DNA of 64,000 bases, from the IMG/VR virus record IMGVR_UViG_3300023174_000094, positions 1-64,000 of that record. One strand, 5' to 3'. The stretch is from a virus. Both the position numbers and the translations under genes were made by a program. The notes beneath the pieces were generated by a model. It searched no databases. It was given only the letters and a program-made list of their open reading frames with translations, and was not told the origin of the DNA. Below, piece after piece: positions 28,256 to 38,719 of the stretch (position 1 is the first letter of the stretch; every line of letters starts with the position of its first letter).

Positions 28256-28800
28256 TGAATAAAGTAGCATGGGATTATATTGTTCCAGTTAAACTTCCAG
28301 CCGACCTTAAAGGTGTAGAGCCTGGAAAGCTTCCAGCAAATCTTTTGAAGGCGGCAGCTGGCGGTGGAAAGCTTCATCATCGTGCATGTGATGCTTGGAA
28401 TGCAATGGTTGAGGCAGCCGCTGCTGAAGGAGTTGTTTTAAAACCGACTTCCAGCGGGGACACATATAGAGAATACGAGTTGCAAAAAAAAGGATTTCTA
28501 CAAAGATACAGTCTTCAAGATACGGGAACGGGTAAGACAAAAACTTTTGAAGGCAAGACTTGGTATTTGAAGAAGGGCATGGCGACATTGGCTACACCTG
28601 GTAAGTCACAGCATAACCTCGGTTTGGCTGTTGATATTCATAGTGCTGCAGAACCAAAACGACTTAATTGGTTAATCGCTAATGTTAAAAAGTTTGGATT
28701 CAGTTGGGAAGTAGTGCCTGAAGAGCCTTGGCATTTGCGTTATGTTTGTGGTGATGCTGTTCCTGAAGCAGTTAGTGCATGGGTTGCATCTAAAAAGTAA
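28255..28800 (+). CDS. Endolysin, peptidase M15B (VanY-like)
   Basis: YR...Q, PGKSQHNLGLAVD and EPWH.RY. Confidence 0.88.
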   Translation: MNKVAWDYIVPVKLPADLKGVEPGKLPANLLKAAAGGGKLHHRACDAWNAMVEAAAAEGVVLKPTSSGDTYREYELQKKGFLQRYSLQDTGTGKTKTFEGKTWYLKKGMATLATPGKSQHNLGLAVDIHSAAEPKRLNWLIANVKKFGFSWEVVPEEPWHLRYVCGDAVPEAVSAWVASKK

Positions 28801-28845
28801 ATTGCTGATATAACTAAAATTTGATAATATCTTATAGGAGATATT

Positions 28846-29184
28846 ATGGCTGCAAATAGGAATATTGATATTTATAAAGGTGATACTTATGTGCATGAGC
28901 TGCGTTTAAAAAATAGTTCTAATACTGCTATAAATATAAACTCTAGAACATACACTGGTCAAATTAGAAAAAAAAGAAATTCTGAAATTGTTTTAGCTCA
29001 ATTCACGACACAAATAACTGACGCTGCAAACGGTGTGGTTATTTTTTCTCTAACCCCAGTGCAAACATCTACCTTATCTGCGGGTATCTATGTTTATGAT
29101 TTTCAAGAGATAAATGCCTCAGTTGTAACAACATTGGTAACAGGTAATGTAACTGTTACTGGAGATGTTACTCGTGCCAGCTGA
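28846..29184 (+). CDS. BppU/LtfC-like fibre adaptor
   Basis: IDIYKGDT..GQIR..LTP.QT..L..G.YVYD. Confidence 0.7.
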   Translation: MAANRNIDIYKGDTYVHELRLKNSSNTAININSRTYTGQIRKKRNSEIVLAQFTTQITDAANGVVIFSLTPVQTSTLSAGIYVYDFQEINASVVTTLVTGNVTVTGDVTRAS

Positions 29185-29470
29185 GTCTACAACCGTAAGA
29201 GTCACCACTGGTGATATCACTGCGTTAACGATTTCTAATGCATCTTCTAATTTAGTAGTTGCATCTGATATTACTTCTGTGACTGTACAACAATCTGCAA
29301 CTTCAGTTTTAAATGCAGTCCCAGCAACAATTGCAATGCCAAATGCTTTTGCAACATCAGCGCCAAGCGATGTTGCAAGATCATCAAGCGTAGGGGTGAG
29401 TTCGTTAGCGGCTAGAGCAGATCATGTTCATAGCGCAGCTAATTTATTAATGGATGGAGGAAATTACTAA
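29174..29470 (+). CDS. Short fibre-associated protein
   Basis: ARADHVH and C-terminal DGG.Y; GTG start after GGAG. Confidence 0.65.
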   Translation: MPAESTTVRVTTGDITALTISNASSNLVVASDITSVTVQQSATSVLNAVPATIAMPNAFATSAPSDVARSSSVGVSSLAARADHVHSAANLLMDGGNY

Positions 29471-31416
29471 TGGCGAATACGCTGAGAATTAAGAGAAGGG
29501 CGACTGGCAATGCTGGCGCACCTACAAGTTTGGAGAATGCAGAATTAGCATTTAACGAAGTAGATAATATTCTTTACTACGGTAAAGGAACTGGTGGAGC
29601 AGGCGGTACCGCTACCACTATTGAAGTAATTGGCGGTTATGGCGCTTTCTTGACGCTTACGAGCGATCAAACTGTTAGCGGTAATAAAACATTTAGTGGA
29701 AACACAATTGTTGCAACCCCAACCGCAAATGGTCATGCAGCTACCAAGCTCTATGTTGATAGCGCAATATCCAATGTAGCAACAGCGTTTACTGTTTCTG
29801 GAGACAGCGGTGTAAACCAAACTATTACATCTGGCGCAGATACATTAAATATTGCTGGCGGTGTTGGTCTTACATCGGTAGGAAGCAATACCGATACATT
29901 AACAATTAATCTTGACAACACAGCCGTTATCGCTGGCACATATGGCAACACATCTGCTGTTGGTGTGTTCACAGTTGACGCTCAAGGTCGTTTGACAGGA
30001 GCAACTAGCAATACAATTTCTATCTTGTCTTCACAAGTTAGTGATTTTACAGCAAATACAAGAGCATCAATCAGTGTTTCTGGAGATCTCGCCTATAATA
30101 CTACAACTGGCGTAATCAGCTTTACCAACGATGCTGGTGATATTGAATCAGTAACCGCTGGAACTGGATTATCTGGTGGTGGAACATCTGGTGCTGTTAC
30201 TTTGAATCTTGCCAATACCACTGTTACAGCCGCTACATATGGTAACGCATCTTCTGTAGGAGCATTTACTGTTGATGCACAGGGTCGTTTGACCAACGCA
30301 GTATCTACATCAATTTCAATCGCATCTAGCGCAGTTACTGACTTTACTGAAGCAGCACAAGATGCTGTAGGGAATGCAGTTGGCACAGGTCTTACCTATA
30401 CTGACTCAACAGGTGCAATTTCAGTAACAGCAAATACTTACGATGCATATGGTTCAGCCTCAACAGTTGCAGGGAATCTGACAACTCATACAGGAGCAAC
30501 AGAAGCTCATGGTGCAACAGGTGCAGTAGTTGGAACTACAAATGTTCAGACACTTACAAACAAGACTCTTACTACGCCAACCATCAATGGTCCAACCATT
30601 ACGGCAGTTGGTCAAACACCAGTTATTCATGGTATTTTGCTTCCAGCAACGCATAACATCATTTTTGAGGGAACGACAGATGATGCTTTTGAAACAACGC
30701 TGTATGTTGTAGACCCAACAGCCGACAGAACCGTAAGTCTTCCAGACGCAACTGGTACTGTAGCGCTTACTAATAATAAGCTTTCGGATTTTGCAGCTAC
30801 TTCATCATCAGAACTTGCTGGAATTATTTCAGATGAAACTGGCACTGGTGCTCTAGTATTTGCTAATACACCAACACTCATAACACCAAACATTGGTGCT
30901 GCTACTGGTACATCACTTGTTCTTTCAGGTGACTTAACAGTTAACGGTACAACAACGACTATTAACTCAACAGAAATCACAATTGATGACAAGAATCTTA
31001 CTCTCGGTTCAGTCGCAAGCCCAACAGATGCTGGCGCAGATGGCGGCGGTATCACTCTTAAGGGCGCAACAGATAAGACACTTAACTGGGTTGATGCTAC
31101 AGACGCTTGGACATCTTCTGAGCATTTCAATATTCTTGCTGGTAAGTCATTCTACATTGGGGGCTTGGCGGCACTTTCAAATACAACCTTGGGTTCAAGT
31201 ATTGTTACATCAAGCCTTACATCAGTAGGAACAATTGCTACTGGTACCTGGCAGGGAACTGCTGTTGGTATCGCTTATGGCGGTACTGGTTCAACAACTG
31301 CTGGTGATGCAAGAACTGCATTAGGTCTTGCAATTGGTTCAAATGTTCAAGCCTATAGTGCTCAGCTCACAGCTCTTGCTGCGAACACTGCTATAATTGA
31401 TGGTGGTACTTTTTAA
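29470..31416 (+). CDS. Tail fibre protein
   Basis: N-terminal IKR..AP..L..AELA module, TVDAQGRLT repeats, ends IDGGTF. Confidence 0.85.
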   Translation: MANTLRIKRRATGNAGAPTSLENAELAFNEVDNILYYGKGTGGAGGTATTIEVIGGYGAFLTLTSDQTVSGNKTFSGNTIVATPTANGHAATKLYVDSAISNVATAFTVSGDSGVNQTITSGADTLNIAGGVGLTSVGSNTDTLTINLDNTAVIAGTYGNTSAVGVFTVDAQGRLTGATSNTISILSSQVSDFTANTRASISVSGDLAYNTTTGVISFTNDAGDIESVTAGTGLSGGGTSGAVTLNLANTTVTAATYGNASSVGAFTVDAQGRLTNAVSTSISIASSAVTDFTEAAQDAVGNAVGTGLTYTDSTGAISVTANTYDAYGSASTVAGNLTTHTGATEAHGATGAVVGTTNVQTLTNKTLTTPTINGPTITAVGQTPVIHGILLPATHNIIFEGTTDDAFETTLYVVDPTADRTVSLPDATGTVALTNNKLSDFAATSSSELAGIISDETGTGALVFANTPTLITPNIGAATGTSLVLSGDLTVNGTTTTINSTEITIDDKNLTLGSVASPTDAGADGGGITLKGATDKTLNWVDATDAWTSSEHFNILAGKSFYIGGLAALSNTTLGSSIVTSSLTSVGTIATGTWQGTAVGIAYGGTGSTTAGDARTALGLAIGSNVQAYSAQLTALAANTAIIDGGTF

Positions 31417-31429
31417 CTAAGAGGCTTAA

Positions 31430-33985
31430 ATGGCTAATGTAATTAGAATTAAAAATTCAGGAACGGCAAATAGCGCCCCTACCTCACTTGAGCTAGGGGA
31501 GCTTGCTATTAACTATAATGACGGAAAGATTTTTTATAAAAACTCAAGCAATGCAATTGTTCAGTTTGGCAGTTCAGGTGGTTCTGGAGGTGTAACGGTA
31601 TCAGACACACCTCCATCATCTCCATCCGCTGGTGATTTATGGTATGAATCAGATACTGGTAAAAGCTTTGTTTACTACGATTCATTCTGGGTAGAAATTG
31701 GTGCTGGTTCAGGAGTTGGTTTAGACTCTATTGTGCTAGGAACTGATACAACAGGGAATTATGTTGCTTCATTAGTTGCTGGAACAGGGGTTACGCTTTC
31801 AAATAATTCTGGGGAATCATCAACTCCTACAATCGCTGTTGATACATCGGCAATACAGGTTCGTGTTGCAAATGTTTCAGACACAGAAATTGGATATCTT
31901 GATGGCGTTACTTCTGCCATCCAAACGCAAATTAATACTAAGGCAAACTCTAATAGCTCACCTGTCATCACTCTTTCGGGTGATTTAAGTGGTTCTGCAA
32001 CTTTAACAAATCTTGGTAACGCAACAATTAATGCAACAATTGTAGCAAACTCGGTTGCTCTTGGAAGCGATACTGCTGGTGATTATGTACAGTCACTTGT
32101 TGCTGGAACGGGGATTACCCTTTCTAATAATTCTGGTGAAGGAACAACTCCAACAGTTGCTGTAAACACTTCAACAATAGCAACTCTAGCCTCCCCTGTA
32201 TTTACAGGAAATGTGACAGTAAGTAATAATTTAATTGTTAGTGGAAATCTCACAGTCAATGGATCAACTACAACAGTAAATACTGAAACAGTAACAATTG
32301 ATGACAACATCATTGTTTTAAATAATAACGCAACAGGTTCACCAACAGAAAATGCTGGTGTTGAAATTGAGCGTGGTACATCAACAAATGTACAACTTCG
32401 TTGGAATGAGACAACAGATAAATGGCAATTTACTAATGACGGAACTAACTTCACCGACCTTGGTGCTGGAGGTGCAACAATTTCAGAAACTGCACCGTCT
32501 GCTCCAGAGGCTGGTGCGCTGTGGTTTAATTCTAATTCAGCACAGACTTTTGTTTATTATGATTCATCATGGATTGAAATTGGTGCAACAGCAATGGGCG
32601 CTACGGTCTCCACTACTGCGCCTAACTCACCTATCGGCGGTCAGATTTGGTTTAACTCCGATAGTGGTGGTACTTATGTTTATTATGGCTCTGCCTGGGT
32701 AGAAGTTGGTGCTGCTCCAGTAAATGTCATGCTTCAGGCAATTGATGCCAAAGGTGATTTACTTATTGGAACCGCAGATAACACTGTTGGGAAAGTAAGT
32801 GTTGGAAGTAACAGTCAGTTGCTACGAGCAAATAGCTCAACAGCAACGGGGGTTGAATGGTTTACCCCTACTTACGCTCCAGCCGCATCTCCAACATTCA
32901 CAGGAACAGTCGTTCTCCCATCAGATACATCAATCGGGAATGTCAGTTCTACAGAGATTGGATATGTAGACGGAGTAACTTCAGCTATACAAACACAATT
33001 AGACTCTAAACTTGCAGCAGCTACAGCTGTTACATCTAATCGCAATGCAATTATCAATGGTGCCATGAATGTTTGGCAACGAGGAACAAGTACATCACTT
33101 GCTTTGGGTGGTGGTAGTTATGTTGGTCCTGACCGTTGGTGGTGGTATAACAACGGTTTCACTTCAACTATAAGTCGTCAGTCTTGTGGTTCTACTTTGC
33201 CGCAATTTCAATATTGCGCCCGTATTCAGCGCACCTCTGGTCAGACTGGCACAGCGGCTATGGTTTTATTTTCTCCACAGGAAACCGTTAACTCACTTAG
33301 ATTTGCTGGTAAAAACGCTACCCTGTCCTTTTATGCTCGTGCCAGTTCTGGTATCTCTAGCGCAACCGCTTTGAGCATGAATGTTTACACTGGAACTGGT
33401 GTGGACCAAAATAACTTTACCAATGGTTTTACTGGACTCGTAAATACTGGTGGTATTGCTGCAACACTTACTACATCATGGCAAAGATTTAACACAACTG
33501 TGTCAATAGGTTCAACAGCAACACAAATTGGTTTACAAATTGCTTTTTCACCAACTGGTACTGCTGGTGCATCTGATTATTTTGAAATTACTGGTATTCA
33601 ACTTGAAGAAGGTTCAGTGGCAACACCATTTGAGTTTGAAGACTACGGAACCACGCTTGCTAAATGCCAGCGGTACTACCAAACTGGAGCACAATTTACG
33701 GCATATACGGCTTCATCAACGACTTGTACTGTCTGGGGGCATTTGTTGTCTGAGATGCGAGTAACTCCTACTGTTTCTGTAACTGGTCCATTAAACCTTC
33801 AAGGAGATGGTGCAATTAACGCAACACAATCAAGTGGTTCTGTTGGCGCATTCAACTTTTCAAGCCCAGTTTCTGTGTATTTAACTGCTGTTGGAAACTT
33901 TACTGGATTAACTACAGGTAGGACAATCACTATTTCGGTTCCAGCAAACAATGGAAATTACTTTACTTTTAGTTCGGAGTTGTGA
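31430..33985 (+). CDS. Tail fibre protein with C-terminal carbohydrate-binding-like head
   Basis: RNAIING..VWQRG...QLEEGSVATPFE...CQRYY architecture. Confidence 0.85.
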   Translation: MANVIRIKNSGTANSAPTSLELGELAINYNDGKIFYKNSSNAIVQFGSSGGSGGVTVSDTPPSSPSAGDLWYESDTGKSFVYYDSFWVEIGAGSGVGLDSIVLGTDTTGNYVASLVAGTGVTLSNNSGESSTPTIAVDTSAIQVRVANVSDTEIGYLDGVTSAIQTQINTKANSNSSPVITLSGDLSGSATLTNLGNATINATIVANSVALGSDTAGDYVQSLVAGTGITLSNNSGEGTTPTVAVNTSTIATLASPVFTGNVTVSNNLIVSGNLTVNGSTTTVNTETVTIDDNIIVLNNNATGSPTENAGVEIERGTSTNVQLRWNETTDKWQFTNDGTNFTDLGAGGATISETAPSAPEAGALWFNSNSAQTFVYYDSSWIEIGATAMGATVSTTAPNSPIGGQIWFNSDSGGTYVYYGSAWVEVGAAPVNVMLQAIDAKGDLLIGTADNTVGKVSVGSNSQLLRANSSTATGVEWFTPTYAPAASPTFTGTVVLPSDTSIGNVSSTEIGYVDGVTSAIQTQLDSKLAAATAVTSNRNAIINGAMNVWQRGTSTSLALGGGSYVGPDRWWWYNNGFTSTISRQSCGSTLPQFQYCARIQRTSGQTGTAAMVLFSPQETVNSLRFAGKNATLSFYARASSGISSATALSMNVYTGTGVDQNNFTNGFTGLVNTGGIAATLTTSWQRFNTTVSIGSTATQIGLQIAFSPTGTAGASDYFEITGIQLEEGSVATPFEFEDYGTTLAKCQRYYQTGAQFTAYTASSTTCTVWGHLLSEMRVTPTVSVTGPLNLQGDGAINATQSSGSVGAFNFSSPVSVYLTAVGNFTGLTTGRTITISVPANNGNYFTFSSEL

Positions 33986-34146
33986 TGTATTGGACTGTAC
34001 ATTTTGAAGGAAAACTTAATTGCGTAAAACCAAATGAAAGTGTTTCTATTCCTGCCGACCCTGCTAACTCTGACTACCAGAGATATTTAGCATGGGTTGC
34101 TGAAGGCAACATTGCGGAAGAATGGAATCCAGAGGAGAATATCTAA
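33985..34146 (+). CDS. Fibre assembly chaperone (53 aa, not in ORF track)
   Basis: MYWTVHF...IPADPANSDYQRYLAWVAEGN; TGATG coupling. Confidence 0.8.
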   Translation: MYWTVHFEGKLNCVKPNESVSIPADPANSDYQRYLAWVAEGNIAEEWNPEENI

Positions 34147-34147
34147 T

Positions 34148-35029
34148 ATGCCGCTTACATTTCCTTCATCCCCATCTAATGGTCAAACCTATGTTGTTGG
34201 CTCCCGCACATGGACATGGAACGGGTCTATTTGGGAGATTAATGGAACCGCTGCTGGTGTTGCTTCTGTTGGAGAAACTGAGCTCACTGCAAATGCTGTA
34301 ACAACAGCAAAAATTGCTGATGGCGCAATTACCACAGCTAAGATTGCTTCTGGTGCTGTTATTGCTGATGACCTTGCTTCTGATGCTGTAACAACGGCAA
34401 AAATTGCCAACAGTGCAGTAACTATAGCAAAGATTGAATCTAACCCAACTTTTACTGGAACGGTAACTCTTCCTGCAAACACTTCAATTGGTAATGTTTC
34501 CAGTACCGAAATCAGTTATGTAGATGGTGTAACATCTGCAATTCAGACTCAATTAAATACTAAAGCACCGACAGCATCACCAACTTTTACAGGAACTGTT
34601 GCACTCCCTACAACTACTGCTTCTGGTGTTTTGACTGCTACTGCTCAACCAAGATTTCTTGCAACAAGAAGCGGGAACTTGTCTTTTACTGGTGGAAATG
34701 TTCTTGTTTACAATGCAACTTCGTATAACATTGGCTCATATTACAGTACTTCTACTGGATTATTCACTACACCTATCTCTGGTAACTATATATTTTCTGC
34801 AAGCGTCTATCAAAGTGGTGGAGTTTACCAACTATGGTTCATCATAAACGGCAACAGAGAAAGAACTTTTGCTTTTACTGGTTCAGCAGACAACATTTTG
34901 ACTGGAAGCAATGTTGTTTACCTAACAACAGGCGACACTGTAGGCATAACTTCTTGGTCAAATGCTGAAGCAAGAACATTGTATCAAGATGGCAATCATA
35001 CATTTTTTAGAGGAGCGTTGATTTCATAA
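34148..35029 (+). CDS. Fibre protein with C1q-like head
   Basis: MPLTFP module, VTTAKIA repeats, QPRF..YN..Y..STGLFT.P..G.Y.F...F.G.L. Confidence 0.8.
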   Translation: MPLTFPSSPSNGQTYVVGSRTWTWNGSIWEINGTAAGVASVGETELTANAVTTAKIADGAITTAKIASGAVIADDLASDAVTTAKIANSAVTIAKIESNPTFTGTVTLPANTSIGNVSSTEISYVDGVTSAIQTQLNTKAPTASPTFTGTVALPTTTASGVLTATAQPRFLATRSGNLSFTGGNVLVYNATSYNIGSYYSTSTGLFTTPISGNYIFSASVYQSGGVYQLWFIINGNRERTFAFTGSADNILTGSNVVYLTTGDTVGITSWSNAEARTLYQDGNHTFFRGALIS

Positions 35030-36447
35030 TGGCAATTGACTTTCCTAATTCCCCTTCTAACGGAGCAACCTATTCTGCTGGTGGTAAAAACTGGCAATAT
35101 AACGGAACAGCCTGGGTTCTTCAAGGTATTGTTCCATCCATCCCAGATGCTTCTATTGTAGCTACACAGATTGCTTCTAATGCTATTACAACCGCAAAGA
35201 TTCTTAATGGTGCAGTAACTATAGCAAAGATTGAATCTAACCCAACCTTTACGGGTACCGTTACACTTCCTGCAAATACTTCTATTGGCAATGTCTCTTC
35301 TACCGAAATTAGTTATGTAGATGGAGTTACCTCTGCTATTCAAACACAGATAGACACAAAGTCTCCAACAGCTTCTCCAACATTTACGGGAACAGTTGTT
35401 TTACCTGCTAACACTTCTATTGGTAATGTTAGCTCAACAGAGATTGGTTATGTTGATGGTGTAACATCTGCTATCCAAACACAATTGGATTCAAAACTGA
35501 CAGCAACTACGGCTACTACATCAAGTAGAAACCTTCTTATTAACGGCGACTTCAAGGTGTGGCAACGAGGTAATGCTCGCACCTATATGAACGCTGGTTC
35601 ATATCTTGCCGACCGTTGGTGCACTCATCTATACCAAAATGCAGGACATGAGCGTGTTACTGGTCGTTCTACTCAATATGCGATTCGTGTCACCAGCAGC
35701 AGTGTTGCCGAAAATAGTGGTGGAACTCGTATGTGGCTTACTCAAAAAGTTGAGTCTTTGAACTCATATCGTTTGCGAAGCCAGCAAGTTACTTTGTCTT
35801 TTTGGGTGCGTTTTTCTGCGGCTACCTGTTCTTCATCTACGGCAACTGCATACGGAAACTGGACTGCTGGTATCGGGTATTTTAATACAACAACCGATTC
35901 TGCTACTGCCACGACAGACGCACAGTCATTTTCTACACTGGTATTGACTAACGGGTCTTTGCCTACCACTTGGACAAAATATTCAGTTACTGGGACATGC
36001 CCTTCTGATTTGAACAACATTCACGCAACATTTGGTTTTGGTGGTTTGGGCAACACTGCATCTAACTCTGGTGTTTGGTATGAAGTTGCAGAAGTTCAGT
36101 TGGAGGCTGGTGCTGTTGCTACACCATTTGAGTTTGAAGATGCCCAAGTAACACTCGCAAAATGCCAAAGGTACTACGAGTCTGTCAGTTGGGGTAACTA
36201 CTATGCGTCTGCACTTGCTGGAACAGACATCTATCTGCCACTCTCTTACAGGGTTACGAAAAGAGTCGCACCAACCGTGACCCTGCCGTCATCAACTAAC
36301 GCAATCAGAAACACATCAAACGCCAACGCCACACCAATATATGCTTGGACAACAAACAGCACAACAGATATGTTCAACATTTATGCTGGAAGCAACAGCA
36401 TTTGGGCTATCAACGCAGCAACAGCAACAGCATCGGCGGAACTCTAA
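35029..36447 (+). CDS. Tail fibre protein, paralog of the 31430 C-terminal part
   Basis: MAIDFP module; RNLLING.F.VWQRG...QLEAG..ATPFE..CQRYY. Confidence 0.85.
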   Translation: MAIDFPNSPSNGATYSAGGKNWQYNGTAWVLQGIVPSIPDASIVATQIASNAITTAKILNGAVTIAKIESNPTFTGTVTLPANTSIGNVSSTEISYVDGVTSAIQTQIDTKSPTASPTFTGTVVLPANTSIGNVSSTEIGYVDGVTSAIQTQLDSKLTATTATTSSRNLLINGDFKVWQRGNARTYMNAGSYLADRWCTHLYQNAGHERVTGRSTQYAIRVTSSSVAENSGGTRMWLTQKVESLNSYRLRSQQVTLSFWVRFSAATCSSSTATAYGNWTAGIGYFNTTTDSATATTDAQSFSTLVLTNGSLPTTWTKYSVTGTCPSDLNNIHATFGFGGLGNTASNSGVWYEVAEVQLEAGAVATPFEFEDAQVTLAKCQRYYESVSWGNYYASALAGTDIYLPLSYRVTKRVAPTVTLPSSTNAIRNTSNANATPIYAWTTNSTTDMFNIYAGSNSIWAINAATATASAEL

Positions 36448-36620
36448 TGTACAAAATCATGCGTTCACGCTCCAATGAAATCATGACTATCAATGTTGAG
36501 CAAGCGGATGGGTCTGTAATGTGCATCCCAACCGACCCTGCCAACTCTGACTACCAGCAATACCTAGCATGGGTTGCTGAAGGCAACACCGCAGAAGAAT
36601 GGAGTCCTAATGGCAATTGA
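36447..36620 (+). CDS. Fibre assembly chaperone
   Basis: IPTDPANSDYQQYLAWVAEGN; TAATG coupling. Confidence 0.8.
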   Translation: MYKIMRSRSNEIMTINVEQADGSVMCIPTDPANSDYQQYLAWVAEGNTAEEWSPNGN

Positions 36621-38433
36621 TTTTCCTAACTCACCGTCTAATGGTGAGATTTATACTGTCGGATCTAGAAAGTGGAGGTATGACGGACAGAAGTGGATTG
36701 TCCTTGCTACCAGTGAAGGTGATGCAAGCATAAGTGTTTCTTTAACAGCACCGCTATCCCCAGCAGTTGGTGATTTCTGGTTTGAATCAGACACTGGTAA
36801 AACATTTGTTTATTACGATAGCTACTGGGTAGAGATGTCCAGTGTTGATGGTTTGCAAGGAGCTGATGGATCAACAGGTCCAGAAGGCGGAAGTATAACC
36901 TTAACAACAAAAGGAGACATCTTAACAAAGAACTCTTCTAATCTTGCAAGACTTGCTGCTGGATCAAACGGACAAGTTTTGTCTGCAAATTCATCTTCCG
37001 AAGTCGGGCTGGAATGGGTAACTCCAACAGTATATGCAACAGTTGCTAATTTAAGCACATTATCAAATACCGTAACAAGTCTCTCTAGCAATGCAAACAC
37101 TCTTTCAAACACTGTTACAACACTATCTGGCAATGTAAGCACTCTTTCAAATACCGTTTCTTTAAAAGCCAATATTGCTTCTCCAGATTTTACTGGAATA
37201 CCAACAGCGCCTACTGCTAATAGCACAACAAATACAACACAAATTGCAACTACTGCTTATGTAAAAGCTGTTGTTGGTGATTTGATAAATTCCGCACCAG
37301 CGGCATTAGATACTCTTGGTGAGATTGCAACATCTCTGGCAAATAATGCATCTTTGTCATCAACACTTACAACCTCAATTGCTACAAGGGCACCATTGGC
37401 AAGCCCAACTTTTACAGGAACAGTAACAATTCCTGCTGGTGCATCCATCTCTGGATTTGCAACACTTGCAAGCCCTACCTTCACAGGTAATGTTTCGGGT
37501 ATTACAAAAACAATGGTCGGTCTTGGAAATGTTGATAATACCACAGACCTTGAAAAGCCAGTCTCAAACGCTACACAAACCGCTTTAAACTTAAAAGCTA
37601 ATCTATCTAATCCAACATTTACTGGAACAGTTTCTGGAATAACTAAATCAATGGTTGGCTTGGGTTCTGTGGACAATACAGCGGATACGGCTAAACCTGT
37701 TTCTACAGCACAACAAACTGCTCTTGACCTAAAGGCAAACTTAGCGTCACCAACTTTTACTGGAAACATAACAGAAGATTTTACTCACGGAATCGTACAC
37801 AGACTGAGACTGCAGGCTGGTGCAAATGGTTTAGGTACTGGTGAAGTAAGTTTTCACTCTTGGATTAGTGAACCAGCCGCAACTTGGACTGGGTGTGGTA
37901 TAGCAAGAAATAGAATAAATACAAGTGGTTCTTTTCCACGACCTAATACTGGTATTACTGCTCAAATGATTCGTTTTGATGAAGGCGGAAACATCATTTT
38001 CTATATGATGAATTCTTCTGGAGGAGAAAACACAATCAGTTTTGATACTGGTGGTCAAGCATATAAGCCTGGCGGTGGATCATGGGCTGCACCATCAGAT
38101 ATCCGCCTCAAAGATAATGTGCGGGACTATGAAAAAGGTACTGCCGAACTGATGCAAGTTCGTGTTCGTGAGTGGGAACACAACGGCAAAGGTGGGATAC
38201 AAGAAGGTTTTAAAGGTCTTGGTGTTATTGCTGATGAGATTGAGTTAGTGCTTCCAGATACGGTTCACACCTATGAGGGCAAACTCAATCCCGAAGATGA
38301 AGAAACTACAGACATTAAATCTGTCAATGCAACAGAAATTACTTGGTTGATGGTAAAGACTATTCAGGAACAACAGGCGGTTATTGAGCAGTTGAAAACT
38401 AGAATTGAAGCACTAGAAAGCGCAGTTGAGTAA
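36610..38433 (+). CDS. Tail fibre with intramolecular chaperone (peptidase S74)
   Basis: MAIDFP module, VGLG.VDNT repeats, SDIRLKDNV..GVIADE..QEQQ..I..LK.RI..LE. Confidence 0.88.
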   Translation: MAIDFPNSPSNGEIYTVGSRKWRYDGQKWIVLATSEGDASISVSLTAPLSPAVGDFWFESDTGKTFVYYDSYWVEMSSVDGLQGADGSTGPEGGSITLTTKGDILTKNSSNLARLAAGSNGQVLSANSSSEVGLEWVTPTVYATVANLSTLSNTVTSLSSNANTLSNTVTTLSGNVSTLSNTVSLKANIASPDFTGIPTAPTANSTTNTTQIATTAYVKAVVGDLINSAPAALDTLGEIATSLANNASLSSTLTTSIATRAPLASPTFTGTVTIPAGASISGFATLASPTFTGNVSGITKTMVGLGNVDNTTDLEKPVSNATQTALNLKANLSNPTFTGTVSGITKSMVGLGSVDNTADTAKPVSTAQQTALDLKANLASPTFTGNITEDFTHGIVHRLRLQAGANGLGTGEVSFHSWISEPAATWTGCGIARNRINTSGSFPRPNTGITAQMIRFDEGGNIIFYMMNSSGGENTISFDTGGQAYKPGGGSWAAPSDIRLKDNVRDYEKGTAELMQVRVREWEHNGKGGIQEGFKGLGVIADEIELVLPDTVHTYEGKLNPEDEETTDIKSVNATEITWLMVKTIQEQQAVIEQLKTRIEALESAVE

Positions 38434-38522
38434 TACCAGTATCCTTTTATTTAGTGAATAAAGGCAAAATAAACATGAAAATTCGTAAAAAAGTTTTTTA
38501 TAATCTATAATGGATACTAACT

Positions 38523-38684
38523 ATGGCTGCTATTGATTTCCCTTCCAATCCCAATATTAACGACACTCACTCTGTCAATGGTAAAATCTGGTCTTGGGAT
38601 GGGGAAAAGTGGATTAAAGACACACAAGAGGTTTCTAATAAAATTAATTATATGGAAGTGTCATTAGTGATGCAGACTTTTTAA
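38523..38684 (+). CDS. 53-aa stand-alone AIDFP module (not in ORF track)
   Basis: MAAIDFPSNPNINDTHSVNGKIWSWDGEKW...QTF. Confidence 0.75.
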   Translation: MAAIDFPSNPNINDTHSVNGKIWSWDGEKWIKDTQEVSNKINYMEVSLVMQTF

Positions 38685-38719
38685 AGGCTGAAAAACAGTA
38701 TTACTGTTATAATTGAATT

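Noticed and set aside
31430-36620. Diversity-generating retroelement in the fibre region (AAC-rich stretch near 36290-36440)
   Set aside because: No reverse transcriptase in the window and no repeat pair differing only at adenines; the repeats are coding paralogs.
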